Shown: positions 38,490 through 47,765 of the stretch, piece by piece
Layout: the number at the start of each line of letters is the position of its first letter
How positions within the stretch are numbered: position 1 is the first letter of the stretch
Assembly (NCBI GenBank): GCA_018673485.1
Contig: JABHCP010000005.1
Span: 64,102-128,101, forward strand
Reading direction: 5' to 3'
Source of the DNA: Candidatus Uhrbacteria bacterium
Lineage (GTDB): Bacteria; Patescibacteriota; Patescibacteriia; UBA9934
DNA length: 64,000 nt
Position numbers and translations under genes: made by a program
Notes under the pieces: model-generated
What the model was told of the DNA's origin: nothing
Database searches by the model: none
The model's input: the letters and a program-made list of their open reading frames with translations, nothing else

Positions 38490-41486
38490 ATGAACTACGA
38501 CCACAACAAGATTGAAAAGAAATGGCAAAAGCGCTGGATGGATTCTGGTGTTTTTGAAGCCAAGGATGACTCAGATAAGCCAAGAGAGTATCTGTTAATT
38601 GAGTTTCCATATCCATCAGGTGCGGGATTGCATATTGGTCATCCTCGTAGCTATACGGCACTCGACGTTATTGCTCGTAAAAAAAGAATGGAAGGTAAGA
38701 ACGTTTTGTATCCAATCGGTTGGGATGCGTTTGGTTTGCCAACGGAGAACTTTGCTATCAAGCATGGTCGCAAGCCTCAGGAGGTTACAAAAGAAAATAC
38801 AGATACATTCCGTCGTCAGCTTCAATCTTTGGGATTTAGTTTCGACTGGTCGCGCGAGATAAATACAACGGACCCAGAGTATTACAAGTGGACGCAGTGG
38901 ATTTTCATGCAAATGTTTAAGCACGGCTTGGCATATAAGGATAAGGTTGCCATTAACTGGTGTATAAATTGTAAGATCGGTCTTGCAAATGAGGAAGTTG
39001 TGGGTGGCGCTTGCGAGCGTTGTGGTGGGGAAGTTGAAAAGCGAAGTAAGGAACAGTGGATGTTGCGCATTACCCAGTACGCCGACAGGTTGATAGATGA
39101 TCTAAAATCTTTGGATTACATCGAACCTGTGAAGACTCAGCAAAAAAATTGGATAGGACGATCTGAGGGTGCGAGTATCAAGTTCTCTTTGCCTGATGTT
39201 GTTGAGGAGGAATATGGGCCAGAGCATGCTCAGAATTTTTTGGAAGTTTTCACTACCCGTCCAGACACTGTGTTTGGCGCAACGTACATGGTTATCGCCC
39301 CCGAGCATGACATGATAGAAAAGTATGCAGACCAGATCGAGAACATAAAAGAAATTCGTGACTATATAAGACAAGCTGGCAAGAAGTCGGACTTTGAACG
39401 TGCTGACGCTGGAAAGGAAAAAACAGGAGTCGAGCTTAAGGGCATGCAAGCACTCAATCCACTTACAGACGAAAGAATTTCAATTTGGGTTGCAGACTAC
39501 GTAATGGCAGGTTATGGAACTGGAGCAATTATGGCAGTGCCAGCCCACGATGAGCGTGATTTTGAATTCGCGACAAAGTTTGGAATAAAGATTGTTGATG
39601 TTGTCGAGCCGCAAGAAAAAGTAGAGGGGTGTTTTGCGGGCGAGGGAACTGCAGTTAATTCTGATTTCCTCAACGGATTATCGACAGTCGAGGCCAAGAA
39701 AAAGATTACAGACTGGTTAGAGAGTTACGGTATTGGGTCGGCAAAGGTTCAGTACAAATTACGTGACTGGGTTTTTTCACGTCAGCGTTATTGGGGGGAG
39801 CCTATTCCGATGGTTCATTGTGAAAATTGTAAAACTAAAAGTAAGTATGGCGACGGTTGGTTGCCACTTCCAGAGAGTGAGTTGCCGCTTACGTTACCCG
39901 AGGTAGATAAGTACGAGCCAACAGACACTGGTGAGAGTCCACTTTCTAAAATCGAAGACTGGGTAAACACTGAATGTCCTGAGTGTGGCGGTCCGGCAAA
40001 GCGAGAGACTGACGTTATGCCAAACTGGGCAGGGTCGAGTTGGTACTTTATGCGCTACGCAGCACCAAAGAGCGATGAGATGTTTGGCGTGAATAATTGG
40101 AAACGTACAGAGATTCAACCTGATGAACTTGATCACAGATTGTTCGACTTGTTCGAGCACATGCAGAGTTTGCTTGGTGAGCACGATGTTTCTATTTGGG
40201 CCTCAGGTTCACTGATGATCAATGGGATTAATAAGGAGCTGTGGCGCCACATGCACGATCTTGATTTGTTTGTGCTTGGGAGCGACTTTGATAAAGCGTT
40301 GAAGATTTTACGCGATGATGGATTTGTAGTGCACGAAGAAGATAGAGGTTGGAATCGGATTGAGAAGGATGGTTGCCAGGTGGAGCTAGTTCCTGCATAT
40401 CATTTGAGTGGAGATGTCTATACACACCTGCGTGATAAGAGTTTGCCACCAGAGATCAGGCAACAGACTTTGCATAAGCAAGACATGGAACTTTCAGATC
40501 GAGGATTCCTTTGGGGGACATCGTTTAAGACCTTGTCACCAAAGTCTATGTTAGAGCACTACGAATTCTTGCACGAGACATTCCCAGACACCAGGGAGGG
40601 CAAAGAAGACGATGAGAAGATTAAGTTTTTGCAAGATTACTTAAAGAGCCCACTTAATTATTGGGCACCGGTTACTTGGTATAACGGCGGAATGGAACAC
40701 ACTACTTTACATCTTTTGTATTCCCGATTTTGGAATAAGTTCTTGTTCGACATTGGTGCAGCGCCAACAAATGAGCCATATGAAAAACGAACATCTCATG
40801 GTTTGATATTGGCAGAAGACGGTCACAAGATGTCCAAGTCCAAAGGCAACGTTGTAAATCCTGATGAGATCGTAGAGAAGTTCGGGGCTGATGCATTGAG
40901 AATTTATGAAATGTTCATGGGACCGTTTGAAGAGCCTGTGCCATGGAATATGAATGGTTTGGTTGGAGCAAAGCGATTCCTGGATAAGATTGTTGGACTT
41001 TCGGGTGTATTTGTTGATGCAGAGCCAGACGATGTCACACGTGAGCTTCATAAAACAATCAAGAAAGTAACTGAGGATATTGAAAACATGCGGTTCAATA
41101 CCGCTGTGGCACAGATGATGATCTTTGTGAACAAATGCAAAGAGTCGGGAGCGGTCACAAAGGAATCGTTTGAAAAGTTCTTGCGAATACTTTGTCCATT
41201 TGCACCACACTTAGCTAATGAGTTAGCTGATCAGTTGGGGTATGACGGAATGTTGGAGGCAGGGGAGTGGCCTAAATATGACGCTGAGTTGGTAGTTGAT
41301 GAAGTTGTTAATATCGCAGTGCAGATTAATGGAAAATTGCGCGGTGAAGTTCAGGCCGCACCTGACGCATCGCAAGATGAGGTAGAGAGGCTCGCACGAG
41401 CTGACACAAATGCTGCTAAGTATCTAGAAGGTGATATCAAGAAAGTAATTTACGTTCCAGGCAGGTTGATAAACTTTGTTGTTTAG
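38490..41486 (+). CDS. leuS: leucyl-tRNA synthetase carrying an extra insertion of about 180 aa before the HLLYSRFW region
   Basis: HIGHPRSYT and KMSKSKGN motifs; CP1 editing domain present. The insert (nt about 40075..40680) has a GS-x15-DLDLFV nucleotidyltransferase-like motif. Confidence 0.95.
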   Translation: MNYDHNKIEKKWQKRWMDSGVFEAKDDSDKPREYLLIEFPYPSGAGLHIGHPRSYTALDVIARKKRMEGKNVLYPIGWDAFGLPTENFAIKHGRKPQEVTKENTDTFRRQLQSLGFSFDWSREINTTDPEYYKWTQWIFMQMFKHGLAYKDKVAINWCINCKIGLANEEVVGGACERCGGEVEKRSKEQWMLRITQYADRLIDDLKSLDYIEPVKTQQKNWIGRSEGASIKFSLPDVVEEEYGPEHAQNFLEVFTTRPDTVFGATYMVIAPEHDMIEKYADQIENIKEIRDYIRQAGKKSDFERADAGKEKTGVELKGMQALNPLTDERISIWVADYVMAGYGTGAIMAVPAHDERDFEFATKFGIKIVDVVEPQEKVEGCFAGEGTAVNSDFLNGLSTVEAKKKITDWLESYGIGSAKVQYKLRDWVFSRQRYWGEPIPMVHCENCKTKSKYGDGWLPLPESELPLTLPEVDKYEPTDTGESPLSKIEDWVNTECPECGGPAKRETDVMPNWAGSSWYFMRYAAPKSDEMFGVNNWKRTEIQPDELDHRLFDLFEHMQSLLGEHDVSIWASGSLMINGINKELWRHMHDLDLFVLGSDFDKALKILRDDGFVVHEEDRGWNRIEKDGCQVELVPAYHLSGDVYTHLRDKSLPPEIRQQTLHKQDMELSDRGFLWGTSFKTLSPKSMLEHYEFLHETFPDTREGKEDDEKIKFLQDYLKSPLNYWAPVTWYNGGMEHTTLHLLYSRFWNKFLFDIGAAPTNEPYEKRTSHGLILAEDGHKMSKSKGNVVNPDEIVEKFGADALRIYEMFMGPFEEPVPWNMNGLVGAKRFLDKIVGLSGVFVDAEPDDVTRELHKTIKKVTEDIENMRFNTAVAQMMIFVNKCKESGAVTKESFEKFLRILCPFAPHLANELADQLGYDGMLEAGEWPKYDAELVVDEVVNIAVQINGKLRGEVQAAPDASQDEVERLARADTNAAKYLEGDIKKVIYVPGRLINFVV

Positions 41487-41526
41487 AGTCTAATTTTGGC
41501 CAATAATCGCGCTTTTTGTCTTGACA

Positions 41527-41560
41527 AAAGCGCGATTTTATGTTATATTTATATCCACCT
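41527..41560 (+). promoter_or_regulatory. sigma70-like promoter TTGACA-17-TATATT overlapping the leuS terminator hairpin
   Basis: aatcgcgctttttgtcTTGACAaaagcgcgattttatgtTATATT. Confidence 0.5.
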
Positions 41561-41583
41561 TCAAAACCGGACCGGAGGAATTC

Positions 41584-41892
41584 ATGTCCATTCGTACTCT
41601 CACCACGCGCTTCATCTCAGGCGTCCATACGGCTCTTCTTGTTGGGCTGGCACTAGTGGCAGTGGTCTGCTTGCTGTTGTCGTTTAGCTCCGCCGTTGAC
41701 GTCGTGGGCGTTCAAGACATCACCTGGGACAAGTATGGAGCGATGTACTCTGCCTTTGCCGTAGTGATATGCTTTATCGCGACGATCGTGCTCGAGGGGG
41801 CGTCCTGGGCCATCGGTTTGTCGATCAAGCCCTCGCTCATCGCGCTGATCAAGGGGGCTGTGCGTAACACGACCCACAACGTGGGTCGCTGA
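41584..41892 (+). CDS. small membrane protein (102 aa), high-GC cassette
   Basis: ccggaggaattcATG Shine-Dalgarno; three TM helices; terminator ccgccctggttcaccccagggcggtttgttgtt at 41925..41957. Confidence 0.45.
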   Translation: MSIRTLTTRFISGVHTALLVGLALVAVVCLLLSFSSAVDVVGVQDITWDKYGAMYSAFAVVICFIATIVLEGASWAIGLSIKPSLIALIKGAVRNTTHNVGR

Positions 41893-42003
41893 CGCTCTTG
41901 CAGGCTCCACCTCGTTTCGCTTTGCCGCCCTGGTTCACCCCAGGGCGGTTTGTTGTTGAGCATTTCCAGTAATAAATGCGGTTGTTTGTTATAATGCTTT
42001 CAC

Positions 42004-43227
42004 ATGGCAAATCACCACAAGCAATCCCACACCCTAATGCATCATAAATTTGATGTTCGACATCTTGGTGCGTTACCGGAGTTGGCGAGTAGTAGACTTT
42101 TGGGGTTAGCGTCGGAGGTTATTATTGGAGTATTTTTTCCAATTTTTTTGTATGAGTTTTTTGGGCTTAGTTTGCAGTGGACACTATTCTGGTTTGCAGC
42201 GAGCTATCTAACGCGCATACCTCTTTTGATTCTTGGGGCAAAGATTTTTTCGCGCACCGGACTTGTGAAGAGTATGTTTATTGGATCTGCATTTTGGATT
42301 GGTTTTTATGCGATCGCATATGTATTGAATGTCGCGCCAGAGTTTCACACTTGGACATTTTTAGGACTCTTGATCGCATCGCTATCCTTGCATAATGCGT
42401 TTTATTGGGCGCCCTTTCATGTGGACTTTGCAAAGTTCACTTCAAAAAAGCGTAGAGGAAAGCAACTTGGAACATTGTATGCATTGCAAAGATTGATAGG
42501 GGTGGCAGGGCCGATAGTCGGTGGATTTCTAATTGCAACTTTTTCATATGGCGCTGCTTTCGCAGTTGGCATCGGTTGTATTTTAGCGTCATTAGTTCCG
42601 CTGTCATTTCTACCAAGAACGAACGTTCAATACGAGTATGGTTTCTTCGAGACTTTCAAGATGATGTTTGCGAAAAAATATCGGTACTTAACATTGTCGA
42701 TGATCGCCTATGGTGCAGATAGTGCAATCGGATATATCATCTGGCCTATCTTTTTATTCATAGTATTTGATGGTGCATATTTAAGTATTGGAATATTCGC
42801 TTCACTTTTAGTTGTAGTGAATGTAATTTTGCAATTGATCGTTGGTAAGCAGATAGATCATCATCATAAGCGTAAGATGATAAAATTTGGCGTTGACCTT
42901 TATGCTCTGGGATGGTTCTTTAAAGCCTTTGTGAGTTCTGTCGGTGGAGTATTTGCCGCTTCTACGTTCCATACGTTCGGATCGATTATGATGAGAACTC
43001 CGGTGGACGTGATGGTTTATGAAAAGGCGGCTGACTCGGGACACTACATTGATGAATTTACTGTGATACGAGAAATCGCACTATCGATGGGCCGATCTGG
43101 CGCGATAGCTGTATTGGCAATAGTGACAATCTTTGCACCAATTTGGACAGCGTTTATTTTTGCAGCAGTTATAGCTTTTGGAATTTCAACACTGACTAAA
43201 TTTACATTAGAAGAAGTCCACATCTAG
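42004..43227 (+). CDS. MFS-type transporter
   Basis: 12 predicted TM helices, low GC. Confidence 0.65.
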   Translation: MANHHKQSHTLMHHKFDVRHLGALPELASSRLLGLASEVIIGVFFPIFLYEFFGLSLQWTLFWFAASYLTRIPLLILGAKIFSRTGLVKSMFIGSAFWIGFYAIAYVLNVAPEFHTWTFLGLLIASLSLHNAFYWAPFHVDFAKFTSKKRRGKQLGTLYALQRLIGVAGPIVGGFLIATFSYGAAFAVGIGCILASLVPLSFLPRTNVQYEYGFFETFKMMFAKKYRYLTLSMIAYGADSAIGYIIWPIFLFIVFDGAYLSIGIFASLLVVVNVILQLIVGKQIDHHHKRKMIKFGVDLYALGWFFKAFVSSVGGVFAASTFHTFGSIMMRTPVDVMVYEKAADSGHYIDEFTVIREIALSMGRSGAIAVLAIVTIFAPIWTAFIFAAVIAFGISTLTKFTLEEVHI

Positions 43228-43313
43228 CATTGACATTGGGCTAGGTGCGTGCTGAAATGGAATAAGAAACTCCCTAATGATTGTTTATAACGATCACTGG
43301 GGAGTTTTTATTT

Positions 43314-44771
43314 ATGAAGATCACACCATCAAACATAACACGTGCACTTTGCATCGGATTCATTTTAGGGGTCTTGGTTTTGTCATGGGGCTTGAGTTTG
43401 GACAGGGAAGTGCAGTGGATTTGGTTGCTGACATTCATATTGATTATTTTAGGCGTGGCGTGGCGTGTGAGAGAAGTGGGAGTGGCACTGGTGTTGATTG
43501 CGATTTGCGGATGCGCATTCGGTAGCGTTAAATACATGCAAAGCTTTCCAACTGAGCTATCTGTCGCGAATTTTGCAGGACTAGAAATAGTCGTCGAAGG
43601 TGAAGTTAAGGATGTTGAAATTCGAAATGGTTGGCAGCGGATAGTTTTATCAGATTTGGTAATTGATGGTCAGTTAGTGAAAGACAATGCGCAGATTATT
43701 ACATTGCCGTATCCCGAGTTTGTGTATGGCGATTTTGTGCGGGCTCGATGCGAGCTTAAGGCCCCGGGAATGATTGAAGATTTTGCATATGACAGATATC
43801 TAGCTTCTAAAGATATTTATGCAACTTGTTTTACGTATAATGTTTTGTTTGAAAGTGGTGGGAAGGGTGGTTTAAAGTCGGCACTATTGGGTGCTAGGCA
43901 GGTATTTATCGATCGGCTGGATCGCGTGTTCGGTGAGCCGCATGGTTCATTGCTTGTTGGGCTGTTATTGGGTGAACAACGGTTTTCAGAAATTTGGCAA
44001 GAGCGATTTTTGCAAACTGGCACAACTCATATTGTTGCCGCATCTGGCTATAATATTTCCGTTGTGCTTTGGATTGCGATGGGATTCTTTGCATCGATCG
44101 GTGTAAAGAGACAGCGCGCGTTTGCATTTTTAGTTGCAGCAATCGCCGGTTACATTTTGCTCGCCGGAGCTGACGCTGCAGTATTCCGCGCTGGAGTAAT
44201 GGGGATCGTGTTGGTTATTGCGCGTCAGACAGGGAGGAGGACAAGTATGGTTAACATCTTGCTTCTGACAGCCTCGATCATGCTACTGATTAATCCCAGA
44301 TTACTTCGCGATGATGTTGGATTTCAGCTTTCTATGATGTCGACTATCGGACTCATATATTTATCGCCATCGATCGAGAAAGCGGTGAGATGGTTGCCAA
44401 AACAGTTGGTAATTCAGGAATCAGTTGTTGCAACGTGCGCGGCTACATTTATGAGTTTGCCGATTATACTTTTACAGTTTGGAGAGTTTTCACTGATAAG
44501 TTTGTTTGCGAATGTGTTTGTTCTGCCGTGGATTCCTTTAGCGATGGCGGGTGGATCTATTGCAACGTTGGTTGGATTCATTAGCGTCAAAGTCGCCGCG
44601 ATTATTTCAGGTCCCGCATGGCTCGCATTGTCTGTGATGCTTTGGATCGTTGAAGTATTTGCGAGCTTAGATTTATTCATGCGTGCGATTCATTGGCTTG
44701 TGGTTGGTTTGGTTCTTTTGGTATGGCTGATTATTAATTATAAAATATGGTTTTCAAAAATAAGCACGTAG
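43314..44771 (+). CDS. comEC: ComEC/Rec2 DNA-internalisation channel (DUF4131 plus competence domain)
   Basis: TGTTHIVAASGYNIS competence-domain motif; many TM helices. Confidence 0.85.
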   Translation: MKITPSNITRALCIGFILGVLVLSWGLSLDREVQWIWLLTFILIILGVAWRVREVGVALVLIAICGCAFGSVKYMQSFPTELSVANFAGLEIVVEGEVKDVEIRNGWQRIVLSDLVIDGQLVKDNAQIITLPYPEFVYGDFVRARCELKAPGMIEDFAYDRYLASKDIYATCFTYNVLFESGGKGGLKSALLGARQVFIDRLDRVFGEPHGSLLVGLLLGEQRFSEIWQERFLQTGTTHIVAASGYNISVVLWIAMGFFASIGVKRQRAFAFLVAAIAGYILLAGADAAVFRAGVMGIVLVIARQTGRRTSMVNILLLTASIMLLINPRLLRDDVGFQLSMMSTIGLIYLSPSIEKAVRWLPKQLVIQESVVATCAATFMSLPIILLQFGEFSLISLFANVFVLPWIPLAMAGGSIATLVGFISVKVAAIISGPAWLALSVMLWIVEVFASLDLFMRAIHWLVVGLVLLVWLIINYKIWFSKIST

Positions 44772-45595
44772 TGAGCATTGCGATTTTTACAGCGCTTTTG
44801 ATTTTTGTTGTTTCGATTCAAGCGTTTCGATATCAGTCATGGTGGAACGATAATGTTTCGATTTGGGTTTTCGATGTAGGGCAAGGGGATGCGATTTTTA
44901 TTGACGCCGATCAGAATATACTAATTGATGGCGGGCCCAGCGACGTGATAATTGAAAAGCTGTCGATGGTTTTGCCGTTTTGGGATCGTTCGATTGATTA
45001 TATCGTGAATACGCATCCGCACGCAGATCACCTTACGGGTCTGATTGATGTTTTGAATAGATATTTGATCGGCGAAGTATGGGTTAGCGGGCAGAATTAT
45101 GAAACAAGTTTTCATGATGCATTTAGCACTTCGAGTGAAGATCTGAGTTCTATTATTGTCGCCGGACATTCAGTTGAATTAAGCCATGATGTGGTAGCTA
45201 CAGTATTGTGGCCAATGTCGAGCCTCGATGGAGTCAGACTTGATGATCCCAACGATGGCTCCATAGTTATGTTGGTTGAATGTTTTGAAACTCGAATGTT
45301 ACTCACTGGTGATATTGGCACCAATCAAGAGCTTGCAATTATGGAGCGAGCGGGGGACATTAATATTTTGAAAGTCGGACATCAGGGAGGCTCAACATCT
45401 TCGCACATCGATTTTTTAAATACCATTGACCCCGAGGTTGCGATCATAGCGGTCGGAGAAAATGATTATGGTCACCCACATGCCGAGGTCATTGATCGAT
45501 TAAATCAAGTCGACGCTGAAATATATCGAACCGACTTGCACGGCGACGTTCGAATCATTTGTTCACCGGAGGGATATGAAATTAAATTATATTAA
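44747..45595 (+). CDS. ComEC C-terminal metallo-beta-lactamase domain encoded as a separate ORF
   Basis: VFDVGQGDAIFID ... HPHADHLTGL; overlaps the comEC stop by 25 nt. Confidence 0.8.
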   Translation: MVFKNKHVVSIAIFTALLIFVVSIQAFRYQSWWNDNVSIWVFDVGQGDAIFIDADQNILIDGGPSDVIIEKLSMVLPFWDRSIDYIVNTHPHADHLTGLIDVLNRYLIGEVWVSGQNYETSFHDAFSTSSEDLSSIIVAGHSVELSHDVVATVLWPMSSLDGVRLDDPNDGSIVMLVECFETRMLLTGDIGTNQELAIMERAGDINILKVGHQGGSTSSHIDFLNTIDPEVAIIAVGENDYGHPHAEVIDRLNQVDAEIYRTDLHGDVRIICSPEGYEIKLY

Positions 45596-45606
45596 ATTTA
45601 CATGAT

Positions 45607-46164
45607 ATGAAGTTTCATGAATTAGACGATCGTTTAATTAGTGAAGAAGCTAGGCCTCTTCGGCCACACTCTAGAACGTCAAAAATATTAGTCGATATAG
45701 GAAAGGCTATTGAGGATGCTCATTTTGGTTTATCTAGACCTGGATTGGTTGTCAGGTTTGGTTTAGAGGGTGCACGTGAATTTTTGAATAGAAAAGAAAT
45801 GAGACTAAGAAGGCAGGAATTAAAGAGGCTAGAGCAAAGAAAAATGATACAGAGGAAAAAAATAGAAGGTGAGTACTGGACTTCATTTTCTAAGTCAGGT
45901 TTTGAAGAGTATATAGCGCAGCTTTCGATAAATGCAGATAAGTTGCCGGTTGGTCAGCTTTGTTTAGTTTCATTTGATATTCCTGAAAATCAGAAACGTT
46001 TACGAAATAAAGTAAGGCGAATATTGAAAAGGTTGGGTTTTCGACAGATACATAGAAGCGTATGGTGTTGTTCAAGCAATGTTAGTAATTACGTGGCAAA
46101 ATTATTTTCTTCAAAATTTAAGGCAGATAATTGGTTTAAGATTTATCTGGCATCAGAGTTATAG
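45607..46164 (+). CDS. hypothetical protein with a Cas2/VapD-like C-terminal segment (LCLVSFDIPENQKRLRNKVRRILKRLGFRQIHRSVW); possibly PaaX-like
   Basis: Pattern resembles Cas2 LVxYDI...RR.KV.K.L...G.RVQ.SV.; no cas1 or CRISPR array nearby. Confidence 0.35.
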   Translation: MKFHELDDRLISEEARPLRPHSRTSKILVDIGKAIEDAHFGLSRPGLVVRFGLEGAREFLNRKEMRLRRQELKRLEQRKMIQRKKIEGEYWTSFSKSGFEEYIAQLSINADKLPVGQLCLVSFDIPENQKRLRNKVRRILKRLGFRQIHRSVWCCSSNVSNYVAKLFSSKFKADNWFKIYLASEL

Positions 46165-46201
46165 GTTTCACTAACTCGACGATCGTCGAGTTAGTGAAAC
46201 C
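46164..46201. repeat. 38-nt perfect palindrome ggtttcactaactCGACGATCGTCGagttagtgaaacc directly after the stop codon
   Basis: Related to 28389..28430. Confidence 0.7.
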
Positions 46202-46272
46202 TTGTGTGCTTGATTGTTTTGTGTATTATTGCTATATTTCGGGCGAAAATAATGTGAAATTAAATATATTTT

Positions 46273-46740
46273 ATGTCAGATGTACAAAAGACATTGGTGT
46301 TGGTTAAGCCTGATGCATTGCAGCGTGAGTTGGTAGGTAAAGTAGTAAGTCGATTTGAGCAGAAGGGTCTTAAGATCGTTGCTATGAAGCTTGCTCATTT
46401 GGATGAGGCGACGCTTACCGAGCACTATGGCCATCTTAAAGAAAAGCCATTTTTTGGAGATTTGGTGAAGTTTATGATGCAGACTCCGGTTGTTGCCATG
46501 ATTCTTGAGGGAATTGAAGCGATCGAGGAAGTTCGAAAAATTGTGGGGTCAACAAACCCTCGTGAGGCGGATGCTGGAACGATTCGTGCAGACCTTTCAA
46601 TGAACGTTCCATCAAATATGGTTCATGCGTCAGACTCTGCAGAAGCATCAGAGATTGAAGTCGCTCGATTCTTTAATGAAAATGAGATTTTTGCTTACGA
46701 AAAGTTAACAGATAAGTTCCATTTTGGAGAGGGAATCTAA
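46273..46740 (+). CDS. ndk: nucleoside diphosphate kinase
   Basis: LVKPDALQR, NMVHASDS (active-site His). Confidence 0.9.
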   Translation: MSDVQKTLVLVKPDALQRELVGKVVSRFEQKGLKIVAMKLAHLDEATLTEHYGHLKEKPFFGDLVKFMMQTPVVAMILEGIEAIEEVRKIVGSTNPREADAGTIRADLSMNVPSNMVHASDSAEASEIEVARFFNENEIFAYEKLTDKFHFGEGI

Positions 46741-47152
46741 ATTGTGGAAAAACTATGGATAACGGGTGGACAAGTCCGCCCGTTTTTCTTTGCAAAAGTA
46801 GCTAATTCTGGGATACTATATATAGCTTCATGGCGGTAGAACGTAATTAGCCAATTACAACAAGAAAGGGTCCACCGATTCGAAAGAATTATCTACGAGA
46901 TTACGTAGTCTAGCTGTTCGCACAAGAAGCGGTGCGCGCATGCGGGGATCCAGCGGTTCTCTTGCGACTTAGGAACGTTCAACTAGGCTTCGGCTTACTT
47001 GTCCGCCACCTGAAATCGCGTAGCCCACATGTGGCAGAGGACTAATTCGTACTACCGTCCGGAGCTGCAAAAAATATCCATCTTTGATGGGTCTTTTTTG
47101 ATGTTGAATTTTGTGTCGATTTGTGCGACCCTGTAAGTATCAATTCGATAAA

Positions 47153-47761
47153 ATGACTATGAAAAAAATATCTTATTTGATTGGAGGATTCGTTGTGATA
47201 GCGCTTGCTTTTTTTGTATGGAGCAGTGTGAGCAAGGACGCTATTAATGTTGAGGATATTGTTTGGCTAGAGTATCAGAGTGAAAATTTTGATATAGCCT
47301 TTGAGTATCCTGAAATTGCTTCTGTTTCTGAGGTGGGATCAGGTGAGTTTTCTGATTTGAGCGATTCTGAGTTTGAGTATCTTGGAAGTATTGATGTAAG
47401 TGCTGGTGAAGAATACTTACAAACAACTAAGACTGGAGATTTTAGTTTATCAATCAGTATTTTTACGAATCCAGGATTTTTAGAACCGCAGGAGTGGGCA
47501 CAGGGGTATCGAACGCATGAAGTCAATGGGGTTGGCCTTAGTGGACTGCTTACAGAATTTCAGATTAGTGATTACGTAGGATACGCGGGTAAATGGGGAT
47601 GTTGCGCGACTTATCGAAAGGTTGTCCTGGTCCCAATTAATGATCAGATGTATGTAATTACATATGGATCAGGCGGGGGGATATATGAAATTCTAGATGA
47701 AGAATTAGATGATATGTATTTTATCCCGCGTATTTTTGATACACTTTTATTTAAACAGTAG
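47153..47761 (+). CDS. hypothetical exported protein (N-terminal TM or signal sequence)
   Basis: MTMKKISYLIGGFVVIALAFFVW. Confidence 0.45.
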   Translation: MTMKKISYLIGGFVVIALAFFVWSSVSKDAINVEDIVWLEYQSENFDIAFEYPEIASVSEVGSGEFSDLSDSEFEYLGSIDVSAGEEYLQTTKTGDFSLSISIFTNPGFLEPQEWAQGYRTHEVNGVGLSGLLTEFQISDYVGYAGKWGCCATYRKVVLVPINDQMYVITYGSGGGIYEILDEELDDMYFIPRIFDTLLFKQ

Positions 47762-47765
47762 AGTT

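Noticed and set aside
40075-40680. Intein in LeuRS
   Set aside because: The insert does not start with Cys/Ser/Thr and lacks the terminal His-Asn plus nucleophile. No homing-endonuclease motifs (LAGLIDADG or HNH).
45607-46164. CRISPR-Cas system (Cas2-like protein)
   Set aside because: No repeat-spacer array, cas1 or other cas genes in the window. The Cas2-like resemblance covers about 40 residues only.
46800-47100. tmRNA, RNase P RNA or SRP RNA in the long ndk-downstream spacer
   Set aside because: Could not find the tmRNA acceptor/T-arm and tag-ORF features, the RNase P P4 (GGAAAGUCCGGGC...) or the SRP domain IV consensus by eye. Left as unassigned.
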